A stretch of 64,000 nucleotides of DNA. Source: Clostridia bacterium. GTDB lineage: Bacteria; Bacillota; Clostridia; Oscillospirales; Acutalibacteraceae. The first letter of the stretch is position 1. Each line of letters opens with the position of its first letter. The translations under genes were made by a program, and so were the position numbers. Below are positions 39,589 to 48,356 of this stretch, piece after piece. The stretch lies in NCBI GenBank assembly GCA_044426265.1, contig JAWXUR010000003.1:714-64713 (forward strand), given 5' to 3'. The notes under the pieces were generated by a model that was not told the origin of the DNA, searched no databases, and saw nothing but the letters and a program-made list of their open reading frames with translations.

Positions 39589-40704
39589 TTATTTATAATA
39601 CATAAAGAATTGACACTTGATCATTCCGTTGTATAATTTTCTTCTTTTATCAGCTTTTTTGCCATAAAAAATCTCAAAGTCATCTGATGGACTAATTACA
39701 TAGTAAGCCCAACCACGTTCTTTCTCGAATTTTTTGCCCATGACGCCGTAAAGCTCCTCAGCCATTGAGCTGTCAAGAAGTCTTTCGCCATATGGTGGGT
39801 TGCAAATAACTGTGCCTTTTTCGCTCTTTTTGGTGAAGTTGCGAATGTCAGCTTTTTCAAATGTGATGTATTTATCAACGCCAGCTCTTTTTGCGTTGAG
39901 TTTAGCAATTTCAACTGATTTTTCGTCAATGTCTGAGCCGTACGCCTTGAAGTCTGATTCAGTGCGAACAAGGCTAAGAGCTCTTTCTCTTTCTTCTTTC
40001 CAAACTTTTTGATCGATGTTTTCCCATCTTTCAGCTGTGAAGTTGCGGTTAACGCCAGCTGGAATGTTATGAGCGAGCATTGCAGCTTCAATGAGAATTG
40101 TGCCAGAGCCGCACATTGGATCGTAGACAGTGTGATAATGTCTAACTCTTGCGAGGTTGCAAAGTGAAGCGGCAAGGGTTTCTTTAATTGGTGCACCGTT
40201 TGCATCAAGTCTGTAACCACGTTTGTGCAGACCAGGACCTGAGGTGTCGATTAAAAGGCTAACCTTATTTTTCATGATTGAAAATTGGATTTGATAAAGT
40301 GGGCCTGTTTCTTCAAACCATGAGATGTCGTATTTTGAGCTGAGTCTATCAACAACAGCTTTTTTGATGATTGATTGGCAGTCACTAACGCTGAAAAGTG
40401 CGGAGTTGATTGAGTAACCCTTAACTGGGAACGCATCAAAAGCGCCGATCCATTCTTCCCAAGGGAGAGCTTTTGTGCCTTGAAATAAATCTTCAAAAGT
40501 GAGAGCTTCGAAGCTGCCCACGAGGATTTGAATTCTTTCAGCATATCTTGAATTGATGTTTGCTCTTGCCAAGATGTATTCATCTCCGCTAAATAAAACT
40601 CTGCCATTTTCTGCGACAACGTTTTGAGCTCCGAGTTCTTTCATTTCATCTGCGATGAGTTTTTCAAGTCCGAGCAAACAAGGAATAACGAAATTGATTT
40701 GCAT
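39589..40704 (-). CDS. THUMP-domain class I SAM-dependent RNA methyltransferase (RlmL/YpsC-like)
   Basis: THUMP-like N-terminal half, SAM motif DPMCGSGT and catalytic NPPYGERL. Start placed at ATG 40704 (MQINFVIPCL). Confidence 0.83.
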   Translation of the reverse strand: MQINFVIPCLLGLEKLIADEMKELGAQNVVAENGRVLFSGDEYILARANINSRYAERIQILVGSFEALTFEDLFQGTKALPWEEWIGAFDAFPVKGYSINSALFSVSDCQSIIKKAVVDRLSSKYDISWFEETGPLYQIQFSIMKNKVSLLIDTSGPGLHKRGYRLDANGAPIKETLAASLCNLARVRHYHTVYDPMCGSGTILIEAAMLAHNIPAGVNRNFTAERWENIDQKVWKEERERALSLVRTESDFKAYGSDIDEKSVEIAKLNAKRAGVDKYITFEKADIRNFTKKSEKGTVICNPPYGERLLDSSMAEELYGVMGKKFEKERGWAYYVISPSDDFEIFYGKKADKRRKLYNGMIKCQFFMYYK

Positions 40705-40925
40705 AAATACCTGCTTTCTAAGTTTACATACTATTTTTAATTTCAAATTCAGCCAAGTTTATAAGTAGCTGATAAAATGATTTTAGGTTATAGGCACGCT
40801 CGATTGAACACACCTATAACCATTGTAACATTTTTATTCGGATTTTAAAAGTAGTTTAGCGTAAAAAGTTTGATTTATGCTTGACTTTTTTCAGTTTTTG
40901 CACAACCCAACAGAAAATTGAGAAA

Positions 40926-41290
40926 AAGCAAGCAAAACTTTACTCAATTTTTCACAAAAAATTGCGGATTCTAAAGGCAGAGCCTTTAGGCGCTCGCCGC
41001 AGCGAGCGAAACTCCCAATCGTCAAAAAAATCAGGAGGATAGGCAAAGTGTCCAGTGGACATTTTTTTGCGCAGTAGCTTGTAAATTTTAAAACTTTACA
41101 TAATTATCGAGAGATTTTTGTCTAAATCAAGGCGGAGGATTGAGCAATACTTTCGTATTGCGATTGACGACAACGCAGAGTTAGACTAAAATATACGATA
41201 AGTATGTGGAGTTTTAGGGTTTATAAGCTACTTTGGAACCCTATTAAGGGGTTCCTTGATTTTGCCGCTGGCAAAACAAAACAATCTTAC
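40926..41290. repeat. Hairpin-chain element, full copy H3, carrying a nested 158-bp hairpin insertion
   Basis: Collinear with H1 except for 41074..41231 (GTAGCTT...AAGCTAC), inserted between the TGTCCA/TGGACA and GGAACCC/GGGTTCC modules. Confidence 0.88.
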
Positions 41291-41343
41291 CATCAAGCAA
41301 AAACTAAAAGTAAAAGCAAAAACTAAAAGTCAAAAACTAAAAA

Positions 41344-41874
41344 TCAAGAATTTTCAACAGTCAAAAGACCATAACCACCGCTACTTCTTTTATAAATAGT
41401 ACCAATTTTACCAGTATCACTATCTAAGAAAAGATAAAATTGATGATCAAGCAAGTTCATTTGAAGAATAGCTTCATCTAAACTTTGAGGTTTAAGTACT
41501 AAGCTCTTTGTTCTTTCGAGCATATATTCGTCATCATCTGATTCGTAAGAATCGAATCTGTCGTAAGCTTCGAAAGCTTCTTGTTTGAGCCTTTTTTCCA
41601 CCTTCGTTTTATTTTTACGGATTTGACGTACCAAAGAATCAACGCAACTATCAAGGGCTTCGTTCATGTTAATCGCTCTTTCTTGACTACGGAAAATCAT
41701 ACCATCATGATAAATAGTAACTTCCACCTTTTGTTCGCTTTTTTCAACTGTAGCAGTTACTTTCGCTTCCGTATCACTTGAGAAGAATTTTTCGATTTTC
41801 TCGAGTCTTTTTTCAGCTCTTTGAATGAATGAATCTCTAATTACGCATTTTCTGCCGACAACTGTTATTTTCAT
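41344..41874 (-). CDS. hpf: Ribosome hibernation-promoting factor (long HPF/RaiA family)
   Basis: 176 aa. S30AE-like N-terminal domain and a C-terminal dimerisation domain (LKPQSLDEAILQMNLLDHQFYLF). Confidence 0.9.
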   Translation of the reverse strand: MKITVVGRKCVIRDSFIQRAEKRLEKIEKFFSSDTEAKVTATVEKSEQKVEVTIYHDGMIFRSQERAINMNEALDSCVDSLVRQIRKNKTKVEKRLKQEAFEAYDRFDSYESDDDEYMLERTKSLVLKPQSLDEAILQMNLLDHQFYLFLDSDTGKIGTIYKRSSGGYGLLTVENS

Positions 41875-42101
41875 AACGTCATCTCCTTTCGTTTTTAAAT
41901 TGCTAGAACCAACTAAAACTTAATTTGTTCTATCTATATTATAGCACATTGTAGCAAAAAATAAAGCTTTTTTAGATAATTTTATTATATTTCCATAAAT
42001 TTTGGGGCTTTTCTCTGTTTTAAACAAAGATTACATTGCGTTTTTAGATATTTTTTACAAAGTTTAATTTTTATTTTAATTAAATATTAATCAAACATTG
42101 T

Positions 42102-42341
42102 TTATATTTTCGTTTTATAGTAAGCTTTTTCCAATTTTTCTTCGTATGTATTAAACTCAAACGGCTTACCTGTTTGGTTTTCGTATTGGGTTAATAGGGT
42201 TTTTAATTTTTGATGATAGCATGAGTTTAGGGTGTTTGCGGTTTGGTCGGTTTTTTGTTTTTTTAGGTATAATTCTATTGATAAGATTATTCTTTTTGTG
42301 GTTTTTATTTGTGATGTTAGTGTTTGGATTGTTTGTTTCAT
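42102..42341 (-). CDS. Small hypothetical protein (79 aa), uncertain
   Basis: ATG is preceded by AAGGGGTGA with 5-nt spacing, and a TATAAT lies about 30 nt upstream. Lys/Thr-rich, helical-looking, with no motif I recognise. Confidence 0.35.
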   Translation of the reverse strand: MKQTIQTLTSQIKTTKRIILSIELYLKKQKTDQTANTLNSCYHQKLKTLLTQYENQTGKPFEFNTYEEKLEKAYYKTKI

Positions 42342-42459
42342 GGTTTCACCCCTTTTTTAGGGTATTATATGCTGTTTTTGGTTTGGGGTTATTTATAACA
42401 CCCCTTAACCACAAATAAAAAATAAACAAACAAACTAATCTAAACGAAGTAAGACGTAA

Positions 42460-43262
42460 AAAGTTGGACGTAAGGAGCACCGCAGGTGCGGATATCCCAC
42501 TTTATAAAAGACTAAGGCAAAGAAGACAAAGAACAAAACAGTCGGGGTGTGCCAGATTTTTAGGCTGCAAGGCAGGCTAAAAATATTCCCCACCGACGGC
42601 GATAAAAATAAAATGTCCTAAATGCAGTGAGTTCCCCAAGAACGCATTTTGGTTACTTTTGTGCGAGCAAAAGTTACGCTGTGTTTTGTGTTAATTAAAA
42701 TGTTACAATAGCTATCGAGGTATTTTGTTTAAAACAAGGCGGAGGATTGAGCAATACTTTCGTATTGCGATTGACGACAACGAAGTTTTAAGCAAAATAA
42801 CCGATAGATATGTAATATTTTAGTTGACACAAAACACTAACGGCGAGCGTAGACGAGGCTTTCTTATAAATCAAGCTATAAAACAATAAGATTAATTTCT
42901 TTATATTACCTAATATTCGTTTACAGGTCACCAAAATAGCCAGCTGTCGCTGTCTGTTTTGGTTATGCCCATAAATCAGTCCGTAAAAAATCGCTTTGCT
43001 CTTTTTACTACTAACGCAAATGCGATATCGTTTTTCCTTTACATTGCTGTTTAGGTTACGATACCGCATTTAGTTAAATTGTTCTATTTTTTTTCGCATT
43101 TGCTTTTTTCATTTTTAAGTTTTTTATTTGTTTTGAAATTGCTGGGGATTTCGCTTGCTGCTGCAAGCGCCTTAAGGCTCTGCCTTAAGAATCCGCAATT
43201 TTTCGTGAAAAATTGAGTAAAGCTTTGCTTGCTTTTTTCTTTTTCTTTTTATTTTTTCTTAT
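42460..43262. repeat. Hairpin-array repeat locus R14 (~800 bp)
   Basis: Contains GCACC-GCA-GGTGC and a TTTTTAGGCTGC/GCAGGCTAAAAA hairpin. Carries the 48-nt core (42735..42782) on its own stem, modules inverted relative to 6890..6990, the CGCAAATGCGAT module, a partial hairpin chain (43148..43232) and a T/C tract (43233..43262) abutting a gene stop. Confidence 0.82.
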
Positions 43263-43264
43263 GT

Positions 43265-44395
43265 TTATTTTGCTTGAGCGTATACTTTTTCAATGATCTT
43301 TTCCATCTCATCTAAATGCTCTTCCATACTCTCAACCAACTTAAACTGATTTCTAGCTCTATCCAAATTATGACTATCATGCTTAACCGCAAAATAAACA
43401 TTACCTTGAATATGATCAGTCAAAAATCTAATGCCACACTCAAGTGTCATCAAAATCGCTGAAAACGCAATATTTTCAACTTCAGCTTTAGTCAAAGCAC
43501 CAGCACACTCGCCCAAAAAGCCCTTAGCATAACTCTCAAAAAGTTCAAGAGAAACATTAACCTTACTCAAATCTGTTTCATCTTCAACCGCAGTGTTAGC
43601 ACCAAAACGAATTGAATCACCAAAGTCATAAAGTGAAAGACCAGGCATAATAGTATCAAGGTCGATAATACAAATGCCCTTTTTTGTGTCGTTATCAAAA
43701 AGGATATTGTTAAGTTTAGTGTCGTTATGTGTCACTCGAAGTGGAATCAAGCCTTGTTTATGTAAGTCAATAACTCGATTAGTGGAAGCCTCATGAGCTT
43801 TAACAAACTCAATTTCTTTTTGTACGCTTTCACATTTGCCCACGATGTCAGCTTCAACTGCTTTTAGGAAAGTTTGATATCTAACTGGTGTATTATGGAA
43901 GTTTTCGATAGTTTCGTGAAGAGTTTCGATTGGATAATCGCTAAGCCTTTTTTGGAAAAGTCCAAAGTTTTTGCCAGCGTCTTCAAAAATCGCCTTATCT
44001 TCAATCACGTTGCAAGTGTAAGAATTATCAACGAAGTCGTAAATTCTCCAGCACTTATCAGTTTCATAATATAAATAACTGCCCTCATTTGTTTTAAGAA
44101 AGTTCAGTGTACCTCTTTTATAATCTGCACCCTCTTGTTTCATTTTGTTTCTCAAATGAGTTTCAACTCCAACTGTGTTTTGCATGATTTTTTCAGGGCT
44201 TTTGAAAACAACAGTGTTGAATTTTTGCACGATGTACTTGTGTACCTCGCCCACATTTTCAAAAACGGCTAAATAAGTTGAGTTGATGTGTCCGTCCGTA
44301 TAACGTGAACAGTCGGTAAGCTCGCCTTGTATGCCAAAATTTCGGCAAACAGCAACAAGTTCTTTTTGTACGCTAATTTCGATGTCTTTAATCAT
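43265..44395 (-). CDS. APH-fold sugar kinase, N-acetylhexosamine 1-kinase (NahK)-like
   Basis: 376 aa. DGHINSTY, IVQKFNTVVFKSPE and VTHNDTKLNNILFD resemble NahK-type kinases. Confidence 0.65.
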   Translation of the reverse strand: MIKDIEISVQKELVAVCRNFGIQGELTDCSRYTDGHINSTYLAVFENVGEVHKYIVQKFNTVVFKSPEKIMQNTVGVETHLRNKMKQEGADYKRGTLNFLKTNEGSYLYYETDKCWRIYDFVDNSYTCNVIEDKAIFEDAGKNFGLFQKRLSDYPIETLHETIENFHNTPVRYQTFLKAVEADIVGKCESVQKEIEFVKAHEASTNRVIDLHKQGLIPLRVTHNDTKLNNILFDNDTKKGICIIDLDTIMPGLSLYDFGDSIRFGANTAVEDETDLSKVNVSLELFESYAKGFLGECAGALTKAEVENIAFSAILMTLECGIRFLTDHIQGNVYFAVKHDSHNLDRARNQFKLVESMEEHLDEMEKIIEKVYAQAK

Positions 44396-45018
44396 TATGC
44401 CTTTTCCTTTATACTAAAATTTGCAAAGCAGATTGGGTTATGAAAACCAGGGTATTGCTCGGCTACAGGTGCGTATGAACCAAAGTGAGGAATTTCGGTG
44501 AGGTCACCGCATTTATAAAAGTTTCCTCTGATTTCGCTTGCCTTAGCTTCAAAGTTTTCACCAAGCACTTCATTAACAAGTTTACATGGTACGAAAACTT
44601 CAGCGCTCCAACCATCTTTTGTGACAGTTGGTGTGATCACTGGAACTTCTTTCGAAAATTCGCTGATGTCTTTTCTTTTTGGCTTTTTAGCAACACCAAC
44701 ATGGCAAAGGTACGCACCATTTGAGTTAAACTCGAGGTTGAAATATTCTTGTCTTGATTCAACTGGAATGAAGAAAAATTCCATTGCGCTATCTTCCCAA
44801 ACTGGGCTATCTGGTGTGGTGTTAACCCGTCTTAAGTTAGTTTCGTCAGTTCTCATTCTTGCGAAGATTCCAACGTTTTCCAAAAAGCACATTTTGAAAT
44901 ATGTGTTAGGGCGAATAGTTTTTTCCAAAGTTTCTTCCCAGTGCCAGCACTCGATTTTTTCTTCTGGAACTATGTCCCAATCAATTTCGGTTTTAAAAGC
45001 ATAAGTATTGTAAGTCAT
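44395..45018 (-). CDS. Carbohydrate-binding-module-9-like / DOMON-like protein
   Basis: 207 aa. The WEDSAMEFFF...YFNLEFNSNG pattern. 1-nt overlaps with both neighbouring genes. Confidence 0.55.
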   Translation of the reverse strand: MTYNTYAFKTEIDWDIVPEEKIECWHWEETLEKTIRPNTYFKMCFLENVGIFARMRTDETNLRRVNTTPDSPVWEDSAMEFFFIPVESRQEYFNLEFNSNGAYLCHVGVAKKPKRKDISEFSKEVPVITPTVTKDGWSAEVFVPCKLVNEVLGENFEAKASEIRGNFYKCGDLTEIPHFGSYAPVAEQYPGFHNPICFANFSIKEKA

Positions 45019-47369
45019 TATTTATCCTCTTTCTTCTTAATATAGTATAGTCTTGAGTCGTTATCTAAAATCATGCGTGAAGTGGTTAAACTAAAACCGC
45101 TCATAACAAAAGGTTGGCAAGGTTTAAATCCTGCGTACATGAGAGCGTCACCGCCAACAGAGAAGCTTTCTTTTTCAGATTTAAAGCGTACAATCTTATC
45201 TGTCACAAACTCATAAAAATCGCCTTCGAGGTCAATTTTCTTTGGAAGTGGTGTGTTGATGATTTCGCCGTACGACTTGAGGTTGATATATTGACTTCTA
45301 CCTTTGAGGTCGTATGTCATATCTTCATCAAGTGAGGCAAATTTAATCACATCATTGCCCCAGTTTGGAATCATGCGGTCTAAGAAATAGCCGTACATCG
45401 CTTCGCTTTTGTCGCTGCTTGTGATTTGCCATTTCGAAATGTTGCTATCGAAAAAGTCATTTATACGAGTAAACTCACCGAATTGCAAAAGTTTTCTGTG
45501 TTTTTTATAATATTCAATTTGTTTAATAACTGCTTTTTTCTCAAAGCTTGAAAGCTGAGTGACATCGAGTTCATAACCGAGTAAACCAAAAGCTGAAACG
45601 TTAAATCTTTGCTCAATTGAAGCTGCTCGGAAGTCAGCAAAGCTGATGCCAGCTGCAACGTGCATTGTCATAACTGATTGAGGGTAGCCATACGATGTGC
45701 CTTGTTGGATATATAATCTATCTAGGGCATCGGTGTTGTCACTTGTCCAGCATTGAGGCATATAGCAAAATGTACCGAGGTCAAATCTGTTGCCGCCGCT
45801 TGAACATGATTCAAACAAGATATCTGGGAAACGCTCGGTGAGTGCTTGCCAAATTTCATAAAGACCTAAGATATATCTATGGAAATACTCACCGCTTTTT
45901 GAGCCTTTTGCTCTTGAATAAACGTCAGAGAAGTGGCGGTTATAATCCCATTTAATATATTTGATATTACCATATCTAAAAACATCTGTCATAGCGTTGA
46001 TGATAAACTCAACAACCTCAGGGCGAGTTAAGTCTAAAATAAGCTGATTTCTGCCTTGAGAAGCTTCGTATTTATCTGTTGTCATTGCCCAATCTGGATG
46101 CTCTTTATATAAATCACTTTTTGGTGAAACCATTTCAGGTTCAACCCAAAGACCAAAATCAAGACCCATGTCGTTAACTTTTTTTGCAAGACCATCAATT
46201 CCACTTGGCAGCTTTTTCATATTAATATACCAATCGCCAAGAGAACTTGTGTCGCTGTTTCGTTTGCCAAACCAGCCATCATCAAGCACAAACATTTCTG
46301 CTCCGAGCTCTTTAGTTGCTTTTGCAATGTTTAAAATCTTCTTTTCATTAAAATAGAAATAAGTTGCCTCCCAGTTATTAACAAGGATAGGGCGCTCTTT
46401 ATTTTTCCATGTACCTCTTACGATATGCTCTTTAACAAACATATGCATATTGTGGCTCATGCCGTTAAGACCTTTATCAGAGAATGTGAGCACACTTTCA
46501 GGTGCATCAAAACTCTTGTTTGGCTCGAGTGTCCATTCAAACTCAAATGGGTTTATCCCATTTTGTACTCTCAAAAGACCGTGAGTTGAAACTTCTGCTC
46601 TTGCGAGGTGGTTTCCAGTGTACACAAGGTTAAAACCGTAGCAATTGCCTTGATGTTCATCGCACACGCCCTCTTTAATTGCAAAAAATGGATTATGTCT
46701 GTTTGAACTGCCGCCTGTGATTGAGCCGATTGAGCAAACACCAGAGTTTAATTTATGCTCATTTTTATATCTTTCCCTAACCCAAGCGCCATCAAAAGTG
46801 AGCATTGTGTAATCGCCTCTTTGAAGATCGAGTTGCATGCTCATGAGCGAATGAATTTTGAAAGTTTCTTTGCTTGTGTTGACAAGTCTTGTGCTGCGTG
46901 TGATAACATTGCAGTCCTCGAAAACTGTATAATACATTAAAAGTTTTGCGCCGAGGTGTTTATCCTCTAATGTAATTGTTAAAGTTTCGCTTTCACCATA
47001 ACTTGATGGCAAGCCGTGAAGTTCAGGTTTTTGAGCAGTAACTTTTGCACAAACAAACACAAAATCAGTTGTGAAAATGTCATCATGAGAGGTGATTTGC
47101 ACGCTTGGTAAGCGGTAATCTCCCTTGCCATATGATGAATGTTCGAGGGCAATATGATCGAGCGAGAGCGTTTTATCGCTTTGGCTGCGAGGTGTTGCAT
47201 TTGAATATCCGCAGCTGTGCTTGTCGTACATAAAAGTGAAATCATCAACATTTTTGATTTTTTTACCATAATACATACTTTCAATTTGACCGCTTGGAAG
47301 TGCTCTCATAATATAGCTTGTGGTTTTTGTTTGCAAGTGAAAAACGTTGTTTTGATTTGTGAATATCAT
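45018..47369 (-). CDS. Alpha-galactosidase, glycoside hydrolase family 36
   Basis: GH36 motifs FVLDDGWFGKRNSDTSSLGDW, KWDYNR and CSSGGNRFD. ATG 47369 (RBS AGGAAG) is preferred over the track start 47393, which has no RBS. Confidence 0.9.
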   Translation of the reverse strand: MIFTNQNNVFHLQTKTTSYIMRALPSGQIESMYYGKKIKNVDDFTFMYDKHSCGYSNATPRSQSDKTLSLDHIALEHSSYGKGDYRLPSVQITSHDDIFTTDFVFVCAKVTAQKPELHGLPSSYGESETLTITLEDKHLGAKLLMYYTVFEDCNVITRSTRLVNTSKETFKIHSLMSMQLDLQRGDYTMLTFDGAWVRERYKNEHKLNSGVCSIGSITGGSSNRHNPFFAIKEGVCDEHQGNCYGFNLVYTGNHLARAEVSTHGLLRVQNGINPFEFEWTLEPNKSFDAPESVLTFSDKGLNGMSHNMHMFVKEHIVRGTWKNKERPILVNNWEATYFYFNEKKILNIAKATKELGAEMFVLDDGWFGKRNSDTSSLGDWYINMKKLPSGIDGLAKKVNDMGLDFGLWVEPEMVSPKSDLYKEHPDWAMTTDKYEASQGRNQLILDLTRPEVVEFIINAMTDVFRYGNIKYIKWDYNRHFSDVYSRAKGSKSGEYFHRYILGLYEIWQALTERFPDILFESCSSGGNRFDLGTFCYMPQCWTSDNTDALDRLYIQQGTSYGYPQSVMTMHVAAGISFADFRAASIEQRFNVSAFGLLGYELDVTQLSSFEKKAVIKQIEYYKKHRKLLQFGEFTRINDFFDSNISKWQITSSDKSEAMYGYFLDRMIPNWGNDVIKFASLDEDMTYDLKGRSQYINLKSYGEIINTPLPKKIDLEGDFYEFVTDKIVRFKSEKESFSVGGDALMYAGFKPCQPFVMSGFSLTTSRMILDNDSRLYYIKKKEDK

Positions 47370-47677
47370 TATTTGGTTCTTCCTTTTCTTCATATTTTGA
47401 TGATTTTTATTGATAGTTTTTACAATAAAAATCTGTCTTTTCTTAACTTATATTTTATACTATATCTCTTTAGCTGTCAATGGTATAAGAACAAATAAGT
47501 TAATTTTAAGGTAAATTAGACCAATAAATTCCAGAGTATTTAATAGAGTATTAACAAAAAGTAGTTAATTAATTTTTTAGTTAAAATTACCTTTAAAGTA
47601 TATAAAAACCATTGAAATATGTGCAATACTATGATATCATGTTATCAACAAATAAAAAACAAAGGAGCACAAAACAT

Positions 47678-48355
47678 ATGTCAAAAATTCTTATAGCAGA
47701 TGATGAACAAAAAATACTCAAATTAGTAGGCGACTTTTTAATCAACTCAGGTTACGAAGTTATCGAAGCAGAAGACGGCGATGAAGCTCACGAAGCTTTT
47801 GCTGCAAACGTGAATGATATCGATCTTGTTATCCTTGATATCATGATGCCAGGACTCAACGGTTGGGAAGTTTGCAAAAAAATCAGACAAGTTTCAAACG
47901 TACCAGTAATCTTCCTCACAGCACGTAGCGAAGAGTTCGATGAACTCATGGGTTACGAAGCAGGAGCAGATGATTATATCACAAAACCATTTAGCCCAAG
48001 CGTTCTTGTTAAAAAAGTTGAAGCACTTTTAAAAAGAACAAAATTAGTTGCACCACAAGTTGAAAAGAAAATCAACAACCTCACTTTCAACCACGATGCA
48101 CACGAAGTTAAACTCGGAAACCAAAGAATCGACCTCGCACTTAAAGAATATAACCTTTTAAACAAATTAATCGAATCACCAGGCAGAGTGTTTAGCCGTG
48201 AGCAAATTCTCACAACAATCTGGGGCTTTGATTTCGTTGGTGATGAAAGAACTGTTGACTCACACGTTGCAAGAATCAGAACAAAACTTGGCGACTGGGG
48301 CAATAAACACATCAAAACAGTTTATGGCGTAGGTTATAAAATCGAGGAAGACTAA
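47678..48355 (+). CDS. OmpR-family response regulator
   Basis: Receiver domain (ILIADDE...DLVILDIMMPGLNGWEV) plus a winged-helix output domain. ATG 47678 follows AAAGGAG. Confidence 0.92.
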   Translation: MSKILIADDEQKILKLVGDFLINSGYEVIEAEDGDEAHEAFAANVNDIDLVILDIMMPGLNGWEVCKKIRQVSNVPVIFLTARSEEFDELMGYEAGADDYITKPFSPSVLVKKVEALLKRTKLVAPQVEKKINNLTFNHDAHEVKLGNQRIDLALKEYNLLNKLIESPGRVFSREQILTTIWGFDFVGDERTVDSHVARIRTKLGDWGNKHIKTVYGVGYKIEED

Positions 48356-48356
48356 G

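Noticed and set aside
39696-40220. 174-aa ORF in an alternative frame on the same strand, inside the THUMP methyltransferase gene. Similar shadow ORFs include 2710..3300, 21185..21664, 59871..60269 and 10457..10891.
   Set aside because: Each is fully embedded in a well-supported gene with clear motifs. They have biased, repetitive composition and no RBS.
41875-42760. A raiA-motif RNA or other known structured ncRNA upstream of hpf
   Set aside because: I could not recognise the conserved features from memory, and the region is largely built from the same hairpin modules seen elsewhere. A covariance-model scan is needed before any call.
42221-43069. 65-aa (+) and 93-aa (-) ORFs
   Set aside because: The first is antisense to the better-supported 42102..42341 ORF. 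The second spans repeat modules that also occur at 30830..30965 and 51650..51770 without a conserved frame.
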